From NCBI GenBank assembly GCA_963849325.1, contig CAWKHF010000002.1, forward strand, positions 32,001 through 96,000: 64,000 nucleotides of DNA, in the 5' to 3' direction. Made by a program: the position numbers and the translations under genes. A model generated the notes under the pieces. That model searched no databases, had not been told where the DNA came from, and saw nothing but the letters and a program-made list of their open reading frames with translations. Shown here piece by piece: positions 24,301 to 36,705 of this stretch; positions within the stretch are counted from its first letter, which is position 1, and every line of letters starts with the position of its first letter. Source of the stretch: an uncultured Planctomycetota bacterium (lineage in GTDB: Bacteria > Planctomycetota > Planctomycetia > Gemmatales > Gemmataceae).

Positions 24301-25708
24301 CTCGGGAGTCGAGCGTGCCGAGTACGTGCTGGCCGTGGCCGGCGGCGAGCTGACGAGCGAGGCGCGGGGCAGCCTGGTTCGCCTGGCGCGTCCGGCGCAG
24401 GCGCTGGCGCCCTGGCCCGGCGTGGCCCAACGGGTGGAGCGCACCGAGCGGACAGAGTTGGCGGGTACAGGGGCCGGAGTGGCAGCTGCGTCTGCTGCCG
24501 CACGCCCGCGCCGTGGAGTCGGCGCAGGTGCGCGTCTTCCTGCTGGAGCAGTCGGCCGCCGTGGTGGACGGCCGGCGCTGGCTGCACGAGACACGCTGCT
24601 GGCTGCGGCACGAGGCGCACACCGACCTCAACGTGGACTTCGCGGCTTCCGTCCGCGTCGTCGCCGCCGCCGTCGATGGCGTCGAGGTCACGCCCTTGCA
24701 GCCGGCGTCGTCGCGCCTGTGGCTGCCTCTGCCCGGCCGGGCCGGCGTCCGCTGCGTCCGCCTGCGCTGGTTGTATGACCCCTCCGAGCCACTGGATCGT
24801 CCCCTCCTGGCGCCGCCGGTGGTCGTGGACGCTCGACAGGGACCGTCCCTCTGGACAGTGCTGGTGCCGGCCGGCTGGGAGTCGGCCCAGAGTGCGCCCG
24901 CCACGCGCCTGGGGACGGGGGCCGCGCGCGAGGGCGCCCTGGCGCTGTACCGCGCCGACGCCCAGCTGCGCATCAGTCAGGAACTGTGCCGGCAGGGTCG
25001 GGACAATGCCTTCTCCGCCCCGCTGGCCGCCGCCCAGCGGCGATTCGCCCTGTACTGCCGCCACGCCCGGCACGCCCTGGACATGGGGGCCAACCGTGGC
25101 CGCGTCAAGGGTCCGTCCGGTCAGGACTCTGGCGGAGTGGCTGGAAAAACTGCAAGCGGACAACCGAGAGCTGGCCAACCAAAACGGTTTCGAGACCGTA
25201 AGCGCCGACGCCCAGCGCCGGGCCGCCGCCGGCGAGGCGGCCGAGCCGGACCTGGTGCCCGATGACGACGGCGTGGCCCGTTTCTTCGGTCCTGGCCGCG
25301 GCGGCAGCGGCACGTCCCGCCCCTTACCGCAGCACGGTACCCCGCTGTCCTGGCAGGCACCGCCGGCGGCATCGCCGCCCCATCTTGCATTTGACCTCAC
25401 GCGAAAGTCAGCGGACACGGCAAGCCCTGGCGGCTTCTGGTCAGTGGCTCGGCCTGCTCGTGGTCCTTTGGGCCTTGTCGTTCTTGCCTTTTTTGCTGGC
25501 CCGGCTGCGTCGGTTCTGGCCCGAGCAGGTCGCCTTGCTCGGCCTCATCGGCTGGCAACTGGCCGGCTTGACGCTGGTTGTGCTGCTGCTGCTGCTCGTG
25601 GCCGTTTGTGGCCGTCTCTTCCTTCTCGCTCGCGGCCTGCGCTCCCTTTTCCGCAAGCGCCGCCATCAACCCAGTACCATGATGGCCGGTAGCGCCGCCG
25701 GGATGTAA
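18194..25708 (+). CDS. Giant membrane-associated hypothetical protein (about 2500 aa, multiple frameshifts)
   Basis: Continuous coding-like signal through ORF pieces 18143, 18831, 19075, 19934, 24513, 25262; central and C-terminal TM clusters. Confidence 0.65.
22116..22146 (+). repeat. Heptamer tandem repeat (GAAATCC)x4 inside CDS
   Basis: Encodes NPKSEIRNPKS. Confidence 0.9.
23393..23423. repeat. C-run/G-run hairpin repeat inside CDS
   Basis: CTCCCCCCGTTCCGGGGGGGACAGGGGGGG, encodes LPPFRGGQGG. Confidence 0.55.
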
Positions 25709-25717
25709 AAATGGTTT

Positions 25718-25810
25718 CGCGGCGGTTTTTGTTTAGCCGCGACGCGCAGCGGAGCGCGGGAGGCAATCCCGCGCTCCGCTGCGCGTCGCGGCTAAACAAA
25801 AACCGCCGCG
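25718..25810. repeat. Long REP-like palindrome (GCCGCGACGCGCAGCGGAGCGC family), copy 1
   Basis: About 43-bp perfect arms between convergent genes; related copies at 32624 and 46797. Confidence 0.9.
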
Positions 25811-25823
25811 TTCGAGCCACCTC

Positions 25824-26549
25824 TCAGCGCGGTTGGTCCTTCTCGATCTTATCCAGGACGGCCCGCACGGCGGTGAGGGGGTCGGTGGGCAACGGTGTAT
25901 CGGTCTCGTAGGTGCGATTCATGTTCGTGCTGCCGGGGATGGGGAGGGAACAGCGAAACTTCCATTGTCCCTGGTCGCCCCAGGTTTCCAGTCGTTGAAA
26001 CGTCACGCCGCGCTGCTTGAGGATTTGCTGGGCCTGCTCGAACGTCAACGTCCCCGCGGGAGGCGCGGCCGGGGCCGTCGCGGCCGGTGGCGACGCACCT
26101 CCCACGGCGGCGACCGGGGCCAGACGCTGCGACGTGGATTCCGCCACCGGCTGCGGAGCATCGAGCACGGCGCTGCCGGGAGCCACGCCCCGCGCCGCCG
26201 CGCCGCTCGGCAGGCTCGCCGGTACGACCGGAGGCGTGCCAATGCGCAGGTCGCGCGGGTCCACCGGCGTCGGCGTCGTGCCGCCGGCCAAGGCCGCCGG
26301 ACTGGTCAGCGCGTGCGTCGCCGGCAAAGGCGGCACGCTCCCCGCCGCTGTCTGTGCCGGCTGTCCGCCGGCTGCGGCGGACGTGGCCGGTGCAGGCGTC
26401 CCATGAATGCCCAGGTAGGGATCGCCCTGTTTCAACCCGTCGCCTTCGCAGCCGGTCAGCGCCAGCAGCGCGAGGGCCGACAGAAGCGGAATTCGGGGGC
26501 ATCCGGTCGAACAGGGCTTTTTCCATCTTGACTGGTCAACCCGGCTCAT
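25824..26549 (-). CDS. Putative lipoprotein with Pro/Ala-rich linker
   Basis: LALLALTGC lipobox; C-terminal domain TFEQAQQILKQRGVTFQRLE..WKFRCSLP. Confidence 0.7.
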   Translation of the reverse strand: MSRVDQSRWKKPCSTGCPRIPLLSALALLALTGCEGDGLKQGDPYLGIHGTPAPATSAAAGGQPAQTAAGSVPPLPATHALTSPAALAGGTTPTPVDPRDLRIGTPPVVPASLPSGAAARGVAPGSAVLDAPQPVAESTSQRLAPVAAVGGASPPAATAPAAPPAGTLTFEQAQQILKQRGVTFQRLETWGDQGQWKFRCSLPIPGSTNMNRTYETDTPLPTDPLTAVRAVLDKIEKDQPR

Positions 26550-26594
26550 GGTTTCCCCCGCTACTTGACTCGCTTGCCGCCCTGGCTAAATTGT

Positions 26595-26688
26595 CTATCC
26601 GCTACCCGCGATCTGCTCTCCGCTGTCCGCCATCCACGCGCGATGGGAGCGGATGGCGGATAGCGGATAGCAGATAGCGGATAGCGGA
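26595..26688. repeat. Inverted pair of heptamer arrays (CTATCCG)n ... (GCGGATA)n
   Basis: About 6 degenerate units on the left, about 5-6 on the right; right arm runs into the GGAGG RBS. Confidence 0.8.
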
Positions 26689-26698
26689 GGATCAGACA

Positions 26699-27759
26699 AT
26701 GGCAGCTTTCCGCATCGCCGTAATCGGCGGCGACGGCATCGGGCCGGAAGTGATCGACCAGGCCATCCGCGTCGCCGACGCCGCCCGCCGCCACGACCAG
26801 GCCGTGCTCGAATGGAATCGGCTGCCCTGGAGTTCCGCCCACTACCAGAAGACCGGCCAGATGATGCCGCCCGACGGCTGGGACATCCTCTGCCGTCACG
26901 ACGCCGTTCTTCTCGGCGCCATCGGCCATCCCGACGTGCCCGATCACATCACGCTGCACGGCCTGCTGCTGCCCATGCGCCGCAAGTTCGACCAGTACGT
27001 CAACCTCCGCCCCGCTTATCTGTTCGACGGCGTCCAGTCGCCGCTGCGCGACAAGGCGCCCGGCTCCATCGACATGCTGGTTTACCGCGAGAACACCGAG
27101 GGCGAATACGCGCCGATCGGCGGCCGGCTCTACCAGGGCACGCCGCACGAGATCGCCATCCAGACCAACATCTTCACGCGCCGCGGCTGCGAGCGCATCA
27201 TGCGCGCCGCCTTCGAGGGCGCCCGCAAGCGCCGCAAGAAGCTCACGTCCATCACCAAGTCCAACGCCCAGACGTTCGGCATGGTCCTGTGGGACGAGGT
27301 GTTCCAGGCCGTGCAAGCGCGACTACCCCGACGTGCAGGCCGAGCTCGCTGCTGGTCGATGCGGCGGCGATGGACTTCGTGCGCAAGCCGGAGACGTTCG
27401 ACGTGGTGGTGGCCAGCAACCTGTTCGGCGACATCCTGACCGACCTCAGCGCCATCGTCACCGGCAGCATGGGCCTGGCGGCCAGCGCCAACATCAACCC
27501 GGAGCGGGCGTACCCGAGCATGTTCGAGCCGGTCCACGGCTCGGCGCCGGACATCGCCGGCAAGGGCATCGCCAACCCGCTGGCGGCCATCCTGTCGGCG
27601 GGCCTGCTGCTGGATCATCTCGGCCTGGACCAGAGCGCGACGGCGCTGCGGCGAGCGGTGGCGGCGGTGCTCAAGGCCGGCGAGCCGCGCACGCCGGACC
27701 TCGGCGGCAAGGCCGGCACCGCCGACGTGGCCGACGCCGTGCTGGCGGCGCTGCGATGA
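26699..27759 (+). CDS. Tartrate dehydrogenase / isopropylmalate dehydrogenase family (one frameshift near 27320)
   Basis: IAVIGGDGIGPEV, RENTEGEY, NLFGDILTDL, MFEPVHGSAPDIAGKGIANP; TKSN..WD typical of the tartrate/D-malate branch. Confidence 0.9.
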
Positions 27760-27814
27760 GATCCAGACGTTTGATCTCGAACGAACGTGGCCCATTTCAC
27801 GAAGGAGTTCGATC

Positions 27815-28570
27815 ATGCGAAGAATCGTGGGCGTCGTCGCCTTGCTGACTGCCATCGGCCCGGTTCGCGCCGACGACGACGCCAAGCTGCGCGCCGTCAT
27901 CGACAAGGCCATCAAGGAGACCGGCGGCGCCGAGAAGTTGAGCAAGTTCAAGGGCAGTGCCTCCAAGAGCAAGGGCAAGTTCTACGGCCCTCCCGCGGGC
28001 GGAGAGGGCATCGAGTACACCGGCGCGACTTCCCTGCAACTGCCCGACCGCATTCGCACCGAAGTGGACTCCGAGTTCAACGGGCAGAAATTCAAGTTCG
28101 TGCAGGTGGTCAACGGCGACAAGGGCTGGATCCTGTTTGGGGACCAGACCCATGAAATGAGCAAGGAGATGCTTGCCGAGGCGCGGGAGCAAATGAACAC
28201 GGCGAACATCGTTCATCTCGCCGTCCTATCCAGCAAGGACTACTCGCTTTCGGCCCTGGGCGAGATGAAGGTCGGCGACCGACAAGCCATCGGCGTGCGC
28301 GTGGAGCGCAAGGGGTTTCGTCCCGTCAGTCTGTTTTTCGATAAAGAGAATGGCCTGTTGCTCAAGACCGAGACGCGCGGCAAGGATCCGATGCGCGGCG
28401 GCGAGGAGTTCACCGCCGAGACGATCTACGGCGATTACAAGAAAGTCGAGGGAGTGAGGATCGCTCATAAGGTGACCATCAAACGCGATGGCAAACCGTT
28501 CGTGGACGCGGAGGTCACGGAGGTCAAACTGTCCGAGAAGCTCGACGAGAGCGTGTTCGACAAACCGTAA
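27815..28570 (+). CDS. Secreted hypothetical protein (LolA-like/lipoprotein-sorting fold plausible)
   Basis: Signal peptide, VIDKAIKETGG, LFFDKENGLL, YGDYKKVEGV, ends LDESVFDKP; AAGGAG RBS. Confidence 0.75.
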   Translation: MRRIVGVVALLTAIGPVRADDDAKLRAVIDKAIKETGGAEKLSKFKGSASKSKGKFYGPPAGGEGIEYTGATSLQLPDRIRTEVDSEFNGQKFKFVQVVNGDKGWILFGDQTHEMSKEMLAEAREQMNTANIVHLAVLSSKDYSLSALGEMKVGDRQAIGVRVERKGFRPVSLFFDKENGLLLKTETRGKDPMRGGEEFTAETIYGDYKKVEGVRIAHKVTIKRDGKPFVDAEVTEVKLSEKLDESVFDKP

Positions 28571-28583
28571 GGCGCGGCGAACC

Positions 28584-28630
28584 AGCCGCTTGCGGCTTCG
28601 CGTCCGGGCGGCGCGAAGCCGCAAGCGGCT
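28584..28630. repeat. REP-like palindrome (AGCCGCTTGCGGCTT family)
   Basis: AGCCGCTTGCGGCTTCGCG...CGCGAAGCCGCAAGCGGCT; relative at 40977-41185. Confidence 0.85.
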
Positions 28631-28775
28631 AACTCCCGCGCCGTCGTGGAGACATTGCTTCCAAGGCGATGTTAATGGTATCATCCTCCCACGGTTGCCT
28701 ATTATGAAGAGAAGGGCCAGGATCGGCCCAACCCGGCGGAAGGCAGTTCCCCGGCAGGAAGCGGGAAGGGATTGA

Positions 28776-29677
<902 letters not shown>

Positions 29678-29726
29678 AGGATGCCGATCTTTGGCTCGTC
29701 ACACAATGGATTAAGGGACTGATGCC

Positions 29727-31647
29727 ATGACCGCTCTGCTGCCGCAAATCACCTCGCCGGCGGACCTGCACCAGCTGACCGACGCCCAGCTGCACGACCT
29801 GGCCCAGGAGATGCGCGACGAGCTGGTGCGCGTCCTGAGCATCCGCCCGGCCCACTTCGCCAGCAACCTCGGCGTCGTCGAGCTGTGCCTGGCCCTGCAC
29901 CTGACCTTCGACTTCAGCCGCGACCGCCTCATCTGGGACACCGGCCATCAGATCTATCCGCACAAGCTCATCACCGGCCGCTACACGCAGTTCGACACGC
30001 ATCCGCACGCGCGGCGGCCTGATGGGCTATCCCAACCCGCACGAGAGCCCCTACGACCTGTTCATGACCGGCCACGCCGGCTGCAGCGTCTCCAGCGCCC
30101 TGGGCCTGAAGGTCGGCGACGACCTGCTCGGCCAGGACGACCGCCACAGCGTCGCCGTCATCGGCGACGGGGCCCTGCCGTCGGGCATCGTCTTCGAGGC
30201 GCTCAACAACGCCGGCGGCCTGCGCAAGAACCTGCTCGTCATCCTCAACGACAACGAGATGTCCATCTGCCCGCGCGTCGGCGCCCTGGCCCAGTGTCTC
30301 GACCAGGCCCGGCTGACGAACTTCTACCAGGGCTCCAAACGGCACATCCGCGACCTGCTGCGACAGCATTCCGCTCGTCGGCGGCGTGGCCACGCAGGCC
30401 ATCGAGCAGATCAAGGACGGCCTGAAGGCGTTCCTGACCGGCGGCATGCTGTTCGAGGAGCTGGGCTTCCGCTACTTCGGCCCGATCGACGGCCACGACC
30501 TGCCGACGCTGCGCCGCTGGCTGCGCGACGTCAAGGACCAGAAAGGCCCGGTGCTGCTGCACGTCCTGACCAAGAAGGGCCACGGCGTCCCGCAGGCCAG
30601 CGCCGACCCGGTGACGTACCACACGCCGCCGGTCTTCGAGAAGGTCGGCCCCGAGCGGACGATCCTGTCGCTCAAGCGCGGCGGCTCGCGCGCCTACACC
30701 GACGCCGTCAGCGGCGCCATCTACAACGCCATGCAGGACGACCCGCACGTCACGGTCATCACGGCGGCCATGTGCCAGGGCAACAAGCTGGAAAAGGTGC
30801 GCGCCGACTTCCCGACCGCTTCTTCGACATCGGCATCTGCGAGTCGCACGCCGTCGCCTTCGCCGCCGGCACTGGCCAAGGCGGGCATGCGGCCCATCGT
30901 GGACATCTACTCGACCTTCCTGCAGCGCTCGTTCGATCAGATCTTCCAGGAGGTGGCCCTGCAAAACCTGCCGGTCGCCTTCACGCCTCGACCGCGCCGG
31001 CCTGACCGGGCCGGACGGCCCGACGCACCACGGCGCCTTCGACATCCCGTACATGCGGCTGTTCCCGAACATCGTCGTCATGGCCCCCGGCGACGAGCTG
31101 GACGTGGCGCCGATGCTGCGCTTCGCCCTGTCGCACTCCGGCCCGGCGTCGCTGCGCTATCCCAAGGCGAACCTGGAGCGCGTCGATCGGCCGATGGTCG
31201 CCGATGGAGCTGGGCCAGGCCGAGGTCTACGAGTGGGGCGAGGACGGCGTGCTCGTCGCCTTCGGCACGCTGTTCCCCACCTGCGTCAAGGCGGCGGCGG
31301 CGCTGCGCGAGGAAGGGCTGAACGTCGGCGTCATCAACGCCCGCTTCGCCAAGCCGCTCGACCGAGCCACGCTGCTGCGAGCCGTCGAGGAGCTGCCGCT
31401 GGTCGTCACGGTCGAGGAAGGCACGCTGGAAGGCGGCTTCGGCAGCGCCGTGCTGGAGGCGGCCAACGGCGCCGGGCTGGACACGCGCCACGTCCTGCGC
31501 CTGGGCCTGCCGGATCGCTTCATCGAGCACGGCGAGCGCGGCGAACTGCTGGCCGACCTGGGCCTCGACGTTGACGGCATCTGCGCCACCGTGCGGCGCA
31601 CGATCGGCGCGCGAGCCGTGGAGCCATCGTGTAAGATGGCGAATTGA
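29727..31647 (+). CDS. dxs: 1-deoxy-D-xylulose-5-phosphate synthase (several frameshifts)
   Basis: HFASNLGVVEL, WDTGHQIYPHK, IGDG..FEALNN, ILNDNEMSI, YSTFLQR, DGPTHHG, NARFAKPLD. Confidence 0.95.
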
Positions 31648-31734
31648 AAAGTGAAAAGTAAAAATTGAAAAATGAAAATGGAAGAGGGGCCGAGGCGTTT
31701 TTCACTTTTCATTTTTTACTTTTCATTTTTCAAT
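31643..31734. repeat. AT-rich inverted heptamer arrays (TGAAAAG)n ... (TTTTCAT)n
   Basis: About 5 units per arm; contains the dxs stop codon. Confidence 0.85.
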
Positions 31735-31745
31735 GAGTTTTCCCC

Positions 31746-32612
31746 ATGCGCATCGTCGTCCTGGGCAACGCCGGCCGTCCGGGAGTACGCGAAGAGGCGG
31801 AGCGTCTCCTGCCGTTCCTCCGTCAGTACTGCGACATCGTCCTCGTCGATCTGGAGCAGGAGAAAGACCTTTCCACCTGTGGCGCCGACCTGACGCTCGT
31901 CCTCGGCGGCGACGGCGCCATCCTGCGCGCGGCCCGGCAGATGGGCTACCGTCAGACTCCGGTGCTCGGCGTCAACCTCGGCCGCCTCGGCTTCCTCGCC
32001 GACCTCAGCCCCGACGAACTGTGTGACGCCTTCCCGCGCGTCGTGCAGGGCGAGTATCGCATCACCGAACATCTCATGTTCGAGTGCCGCATCGAGTCGC
32101 CAGCCGAGCGGCGAACGGTCCTGGGCCTCAACGAAATCGCCTTGCAGTCCGGGCCACCCTTTCACATGATCGAGCTGGACCTCCTCCTCGACGGCGAGGT
32201 GGTGTCCGGCTACACCGGCGACGGCCTCATCGTCAGCACGCCGGTCGGCTCGACGGCGCACAGCCTGTCGGCGGGCGGCCCGATCCTCGGTCAGGAACTG
32301 TCCGCCTTCGTCATCACTCCCATTTGCCCGCACACACTGACCAATCGTCCAGTGGTCGATAGCGCCGACAAGGTCTACACCATCGCGGTTCGCCGTCTGC
32401 CTCCCAGCGCCAACCCTGTGCTGGTCATCGATGGACAGGAGCAGGGCCGGCTGACGGCCGAGCATCGGGTGACGGTGCGCAAGGCGCCGGTGTCGTTCCG
32501 CCTGGTGAAGGTGCCCGGGCGCAGCTACTACCAGACGCTGCGCGACAAGCTGCACTGGGGAGCGCCGCCGAACTATCGCAGCGAACCATCGGCTACGGAC
32601 GAACGTACCTAG
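31746..32612 (+). CDS. nadK: NAD(+) kinase
   Basis: LGGDG, GVNLGRLGFL, LNE, DGLIVSTPVGSTAHSLSAGG. Confidence 0.95.
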   Translation: MRIVVLGNAGRPGVREEAERLLPFLRQYCDIVLVDLEQEKDLSTCGADLTLVLGGDGAILRAARQMGYRQTPVLGVNLGRLGFLADLSPDELCDAFPRVVQGEYRITEHLMFECRIESPAERRTVLGLNEIALQSGPPFHMIELDLLLDGEVVSGYTGDGLIVSTPVGSTAHSLSAGGPILGQELSAFVITPICPHTLTNRPVVDSADKVYTIAVRRLPPSANPVLVIDGQEQGRLTAEHRVTVRKAPVSFRLVKVPGRSYYQTLRDKLHWGAPPNYRSEPSATDERT

Positions 32613-32623
32613 GGTTGAGGTTT

Positions 32624-32675
32624 GGTTTCGCCGCGACGCGCAGCGGAGCGCTCCGCTGCGCGTCGCGGCGAAACC
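32624..32675. repeat. REP-like palindrome (GCCGCGACGCGCAGCGGAGCGC family), copy 2
   Basis: Perfect loopless palindrome; weaker outer arms extend to about 32610-32698. Confidence 0.9.
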
Positions 32676-32697
32676 TAAACCGCAAACTCGAAACCCT

Positions 32698-32967
32698 ATG
32701 CTGGTGTGCAAGCGCGTGCTTTACTCGGGCCGGGTCCAGGGCGTGGGCTTTCGCTACACCGCCGAGGGGTTGGCCTCGGGCCATGCTGTCGCCGGCTACG
32801 TGCGGAACCTGCCCAGCGGCGAGGTGGAGTTATTGGCCGAGGGCGAGACGGAGGCAGTCGAGGCGTTCCTCGCCGCGGTGGCGCAGCGCATGGCCGGTTA
32901 CATCACGAATATGATGGTCCAGGACGCCGCGCCGACGGGACAGCACGATTTCCGGATTCGTCACTGA
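32698..32967 (+). CDS. acyP: Acylphosphatase
   Basis: GRVQGVGFR, GYVRNL..GEVE. Confidence 0.95.
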   Translation: MLVCKRVLYSGRVQGVGFRYTAEGLASGHAVAGYVRNLPSGEVELLAEGETEAVEAFLAAVAQRMAGYITNMMVQDAAPTGQHDFRIRH

Positions 32968-33003
32968 AGCGGCGACAACAAACGATTCTCTCAAAGGCAT
33001 CCC

Positions 33004-34239
33004 ATGACGTTCTCCTCGTCTACGTACTTCGTCGGCGTCTTGCTGATGCTGCTGCAGGTCCTGGCCGCCTGGCCCTGGGTGGTGCTGAGCTTCCTCAATC
33101 GAAATACACGGGATGCCTGGCGCCGCCAGCCGTTGACGCGAGAGAGAGTGCCGGTCTACGGTATCATCCTGGCGGTTATTCTGGTGGTCCCCGCTGTGTT
33201 TCACTTCCTGGTGCGAGAAGGCGCGACCCTGGAAGTGTGCGGCCAAATCTACGCGGCGGTCTTGCAGATCCAGCTGCTGATCGATGCCTTCCTCGGCGTC
33301 TTCGCACTGCTGCTGTTGATCTGGCCCAAGGGCGGAGCGATCGCCCTGGCCGCCTTCCGCGAGGGCGTGCGCCAGCCGATGTTCTGGCTGCTGTTCGGCG
33401 CCGCCTTCCTGGTTCATGTCCGGTCTCGCCCCTGATCCCCTACTTCACCTTCGGCGAAGACCATCTGATGGTCAAGGACATCGGCTATGACACCATCATG
33501 CTGGCCGCCGTCGTCTTCGGCGCCCTGGCGGCCAGCATGTCCATCAGCGAGGAGATCGAGGGCCGCACCGCCGTCACGCTGATGAGCAAGCCGGTGTCGC
33601 GGCGGCAGTTCCTGCTCGGCAAGTTCCTCGGCATCGTCCTGGCCGCCGCCGTGTTCTTTGCGCTGCTGGGCACGTACTTCGAGGGCGTGACGCTGTTCAA
33701 GCACTGGTGGGACAAGATCGGACCCGGAGCCGACGCCGGTGTGGGTGACGGCCACCCTCGAACGCTGGGCGTTGCCGGGCGTGACGACCGATCTGTTGCG
33801 CGGCCTCGGCCTGTGGATCAACCTGACGCTCGACACGGCCCCGGGCCTCCTCCTGGGCTTCTCGCAGGTGATGGTGCTGGTCGCCATCGCCGTGTCGCTG
33901 GCCACGCGCGTGCCCATGGTGGTCAACCTCGTCGCCGTGGTGGTGGTCTTCTTCCTCGCCCACCTGACGCCGGTGCTGGTGTCGATCGGCTACGCGCCTG
34001 CGCGGCCGACCCCGGCTCGGCGGTGTCGCAGATCCTCTACTTCATGGCCCAGCTCTTCGACACGCTCCTGCCCGACCTCGACCTGTTCCGCCTCGACCCC
34101 GCTCTGCTCAGCGAGACGCCCCTCGCCGCCGGTTGCCTTCGCCAAGTTCCTCGGCTCCGTGTCGCTGTACGGCCTGCTCTACACCTCCATCGTGCTGCTG
34201 TTCGGCCTGATCCTATTCGAGGACCGAGATCTCGCCTAG
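33004..34239 (+). CDS. ABC-2 type transporter permease (frameshifted)
   Basis: Multi-TM; SISEEIEGRTAVTLMSKPVSRRQFLLGKFLG; ends LFEDRDLA. Confidence 0.85.
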
Positions 34240-34246
34240 CCGCCCT

Positions 34247-34315
34247 TTTTCCGAGCCCGCAGCGTCAGCGAGGGAAAGAGCAAGCCCCCCTCGCTGACGC
34301 TGCGGGCTCGGAAAA
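34247..34315. repeat. REP-like palindrome (GAGCCCGCAGCGTCAGCGAGG family)
   Basis: TTTTCCGAGCCCGCAGCGTCAGCGAGGG...CCCTCGCTGACGCTGCGGGCTCGGAAAA. Confidence 0.85.
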
Positions 34316-34519
34316 TCTCGTGGGGACGGTAACGGTTTTGCCGCGGAGGGAGGACGGAGGATGGTGGCTGCCGAATGATTCGCTCGTGCAATGCGGGCGG
34401 ACTTTGCTAGAATCAGTTTCAGCGTCTGGGACCATTCTCCGAGGCGAAGAAGCGCCGGTCAGCACCGTCGGCCATCCGCGCGAGACGCACCTGGGGCTTC
34501 GGACTACGGATCGACACCT

Positions 34520-36675
34520 ATGGACCGCGAAGCCGAACGCGCCGCCTTCGCCAAGGCGTGTGCCTATCTGAATTACAAGCAAGGGGCCAAGTGGACCGCG
34601 CTGGCGGCCGCCGCTGGTACGGGAGTTGTCTACGTCGCCCTCCTCGTCGTGCTGTGGCTGTTCACCGATTTGATGGTCTACCGCGGCCGGCTGCCGACCT
34701 ATCACAGTCTGACGCCGTTGCAGCAGACGCTCTTCTTCCACGAGTGGAACGGACTCGACGAGGACGAGCGCAGGCAGCGTCTCCAAGACGTCGGCGCCTC
34801 GGAGGAGATGAGCCAGAAGCTGTTGTCCCAGAAGGCCGGGGCCGACCTGTCGCGCGAAGAGCTTCGGGTGCTGTGGCGGGCCCAGGTGCGGCGCATTCTC
34901 GATTTGCGACTACCGGGCACTCTGCAGGGCGTGGGGCAGGAGTCGGTCGATTACAACTCCGATCAAGGCATCAGCAGTCTCCTGGTCCGCGAACACACCG
35001 AAGGTCGCTTCCTCACGCCCCTGGTCGCTCGCCTGGCCTACTGGGATCCGTGGATGCGCAACGCCGGCAGCGGCGCCAACGCCCGCATCCCGCCGTATCT
35101 CGTCGGTCTGCTGCTCAGCGCCGTCGTCCTCAGCATCCTGGGGGCGGTCCTGTCGCTGCTGATGCGCGAGATGGCCGCTCGCGCCACCATCGAGGCGGCG
35201 ACGCGGCTGCGTCGCGCCGTCTACCACCACACCTTCCGCCTGGGCACGCTGGCTTTCCGGGCCTTGGGACCGACCGAGGCCGTCAGCATCTTCGCCCGCC
35301 ACATCGAGTCCGTCCACGACGCCCTGTTCCTTCGCCTGACCGTCTACTTCCGCGCTCCGATCCGCTTCGCCCTGCTGGTGGTCTTCGCTCTGTTCCTGTC
35401 GTTCTGGCTGGCCCTGGCCTTCCTGATGTTCGCCGTCCTGGTCTGGCTGATCGGCGGCCAGATCGCCGCCTACTTCCGTCGCACCGGCCGGCTCGCCACC
35501 AACCAGGCGTCCGAGCACCTGACCATCATGCGCGAGAGCCTCATGCTCATGCGCCTGGTCAAGTGCTACCTCATGGAGCCGTTCAACCAGAACCGCGTCG
35601 AGCGGCAGCTGTCGCGCCACGCCAAGGTGCAGCTGGTGCGCCTGCGCGGCGAGGCGATCTATCAACCGCTGCTGGTCCTCCTCGGCCTGCTCTGTGTCCT
35701 GCTGCTGCTGTTCGTGGCGGGACTTCTCGTGCTGTACGGCCATCTGACGGTGGCGGGCCTGGTGGCGCTGGCCACGGCGCTGGTGAGCCTGTATCGACCG
35801 CTGGAAAAGTGGCTGGAGGCGCGGCGGCTCATCCGCCGAGGCCGCGAGGCGGCCGATCACGTCTTCAAGTTCCTGGAGCGGCGAGGCGAGGTCGGCCAGG
35901 TCGTCGGCGCCGAGTTTCTGCCGCCGCTGGCCAAGCAGCTCGAATTCGACAACGTCAGCCTGCGCGAGCCGGGCAGCGGCCGAATGCTCCTGGAGGAGGT
36001 GACGCTGACCGTACCGGCTGGCAAGCGCATCGGCTTGATCGGCGCCGACGACCTGGAGAAGCACGCTCTGGTCTACCTGATTCCGCGACTGCTCGATCCG
36101 ACCAGCGGCGAGATCCGCATCGACCAGCACAACCTGCGCTGGGTGACGCTCGACTCGCTGCGGCGCAGACAGCCACGGTGCTGATGCACAACCTCGTCTT
36201 CCACGACACGGTGGCCAACAACATCGGCTGCGGCGACAACGCTTTTACGCTGGGCCAGATCATCGAGGCCGCCAAGGTGGCGCACGCGCACCACTTCATT
36301 CAGAAGCTGCCCAAGGGCTACGAGACGCCGATCGGCGAGTTGGGCCATCCGCTGACCATCAGCGAGCAGTTCCGCATCGCCCTGGCGCGGGCGATCCTGC
36401 GCGACCCCGCCCTGTTCATCATCGAGGAGCCGGAGACTACCCTCGACGAAGACACCAAGGCGATGCTCGACGACACCTGGTCGCGCGTGCTGCCCGGTCG
36501 CACCGCCATCTTCCTGCCGCACCGCATCTCCACCATCCGTTCCTGCGATGCGCTGTTCCTGCTGCACAGGGGCCGCGTCCACGCTTCCGGCGTTCACAAG
36601 GAATTGCTCGCCCAGGAGCCGCTGTACCGCCATCTGCACTATCTGGAGTTCAACGAAATCGCGGAACAGGTGTAA
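34520..36675 (+). CDS. ABC exporter TMD+NBD fusion with degenerate ATPase motifs (frameshift near 36165; start uncertain)
   Basis: 6-TM ABC membrane domain; LEFDNVS, DPTSGEIRID, AHAHHFIQKLPKGYETPIGE, RIALARAIL, HRISTI. Confidence 0.85.
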
Positions 36676-36705
36676 ATCGTCGTTCGTGGATCGTGAAAGG
36701 ACGTC

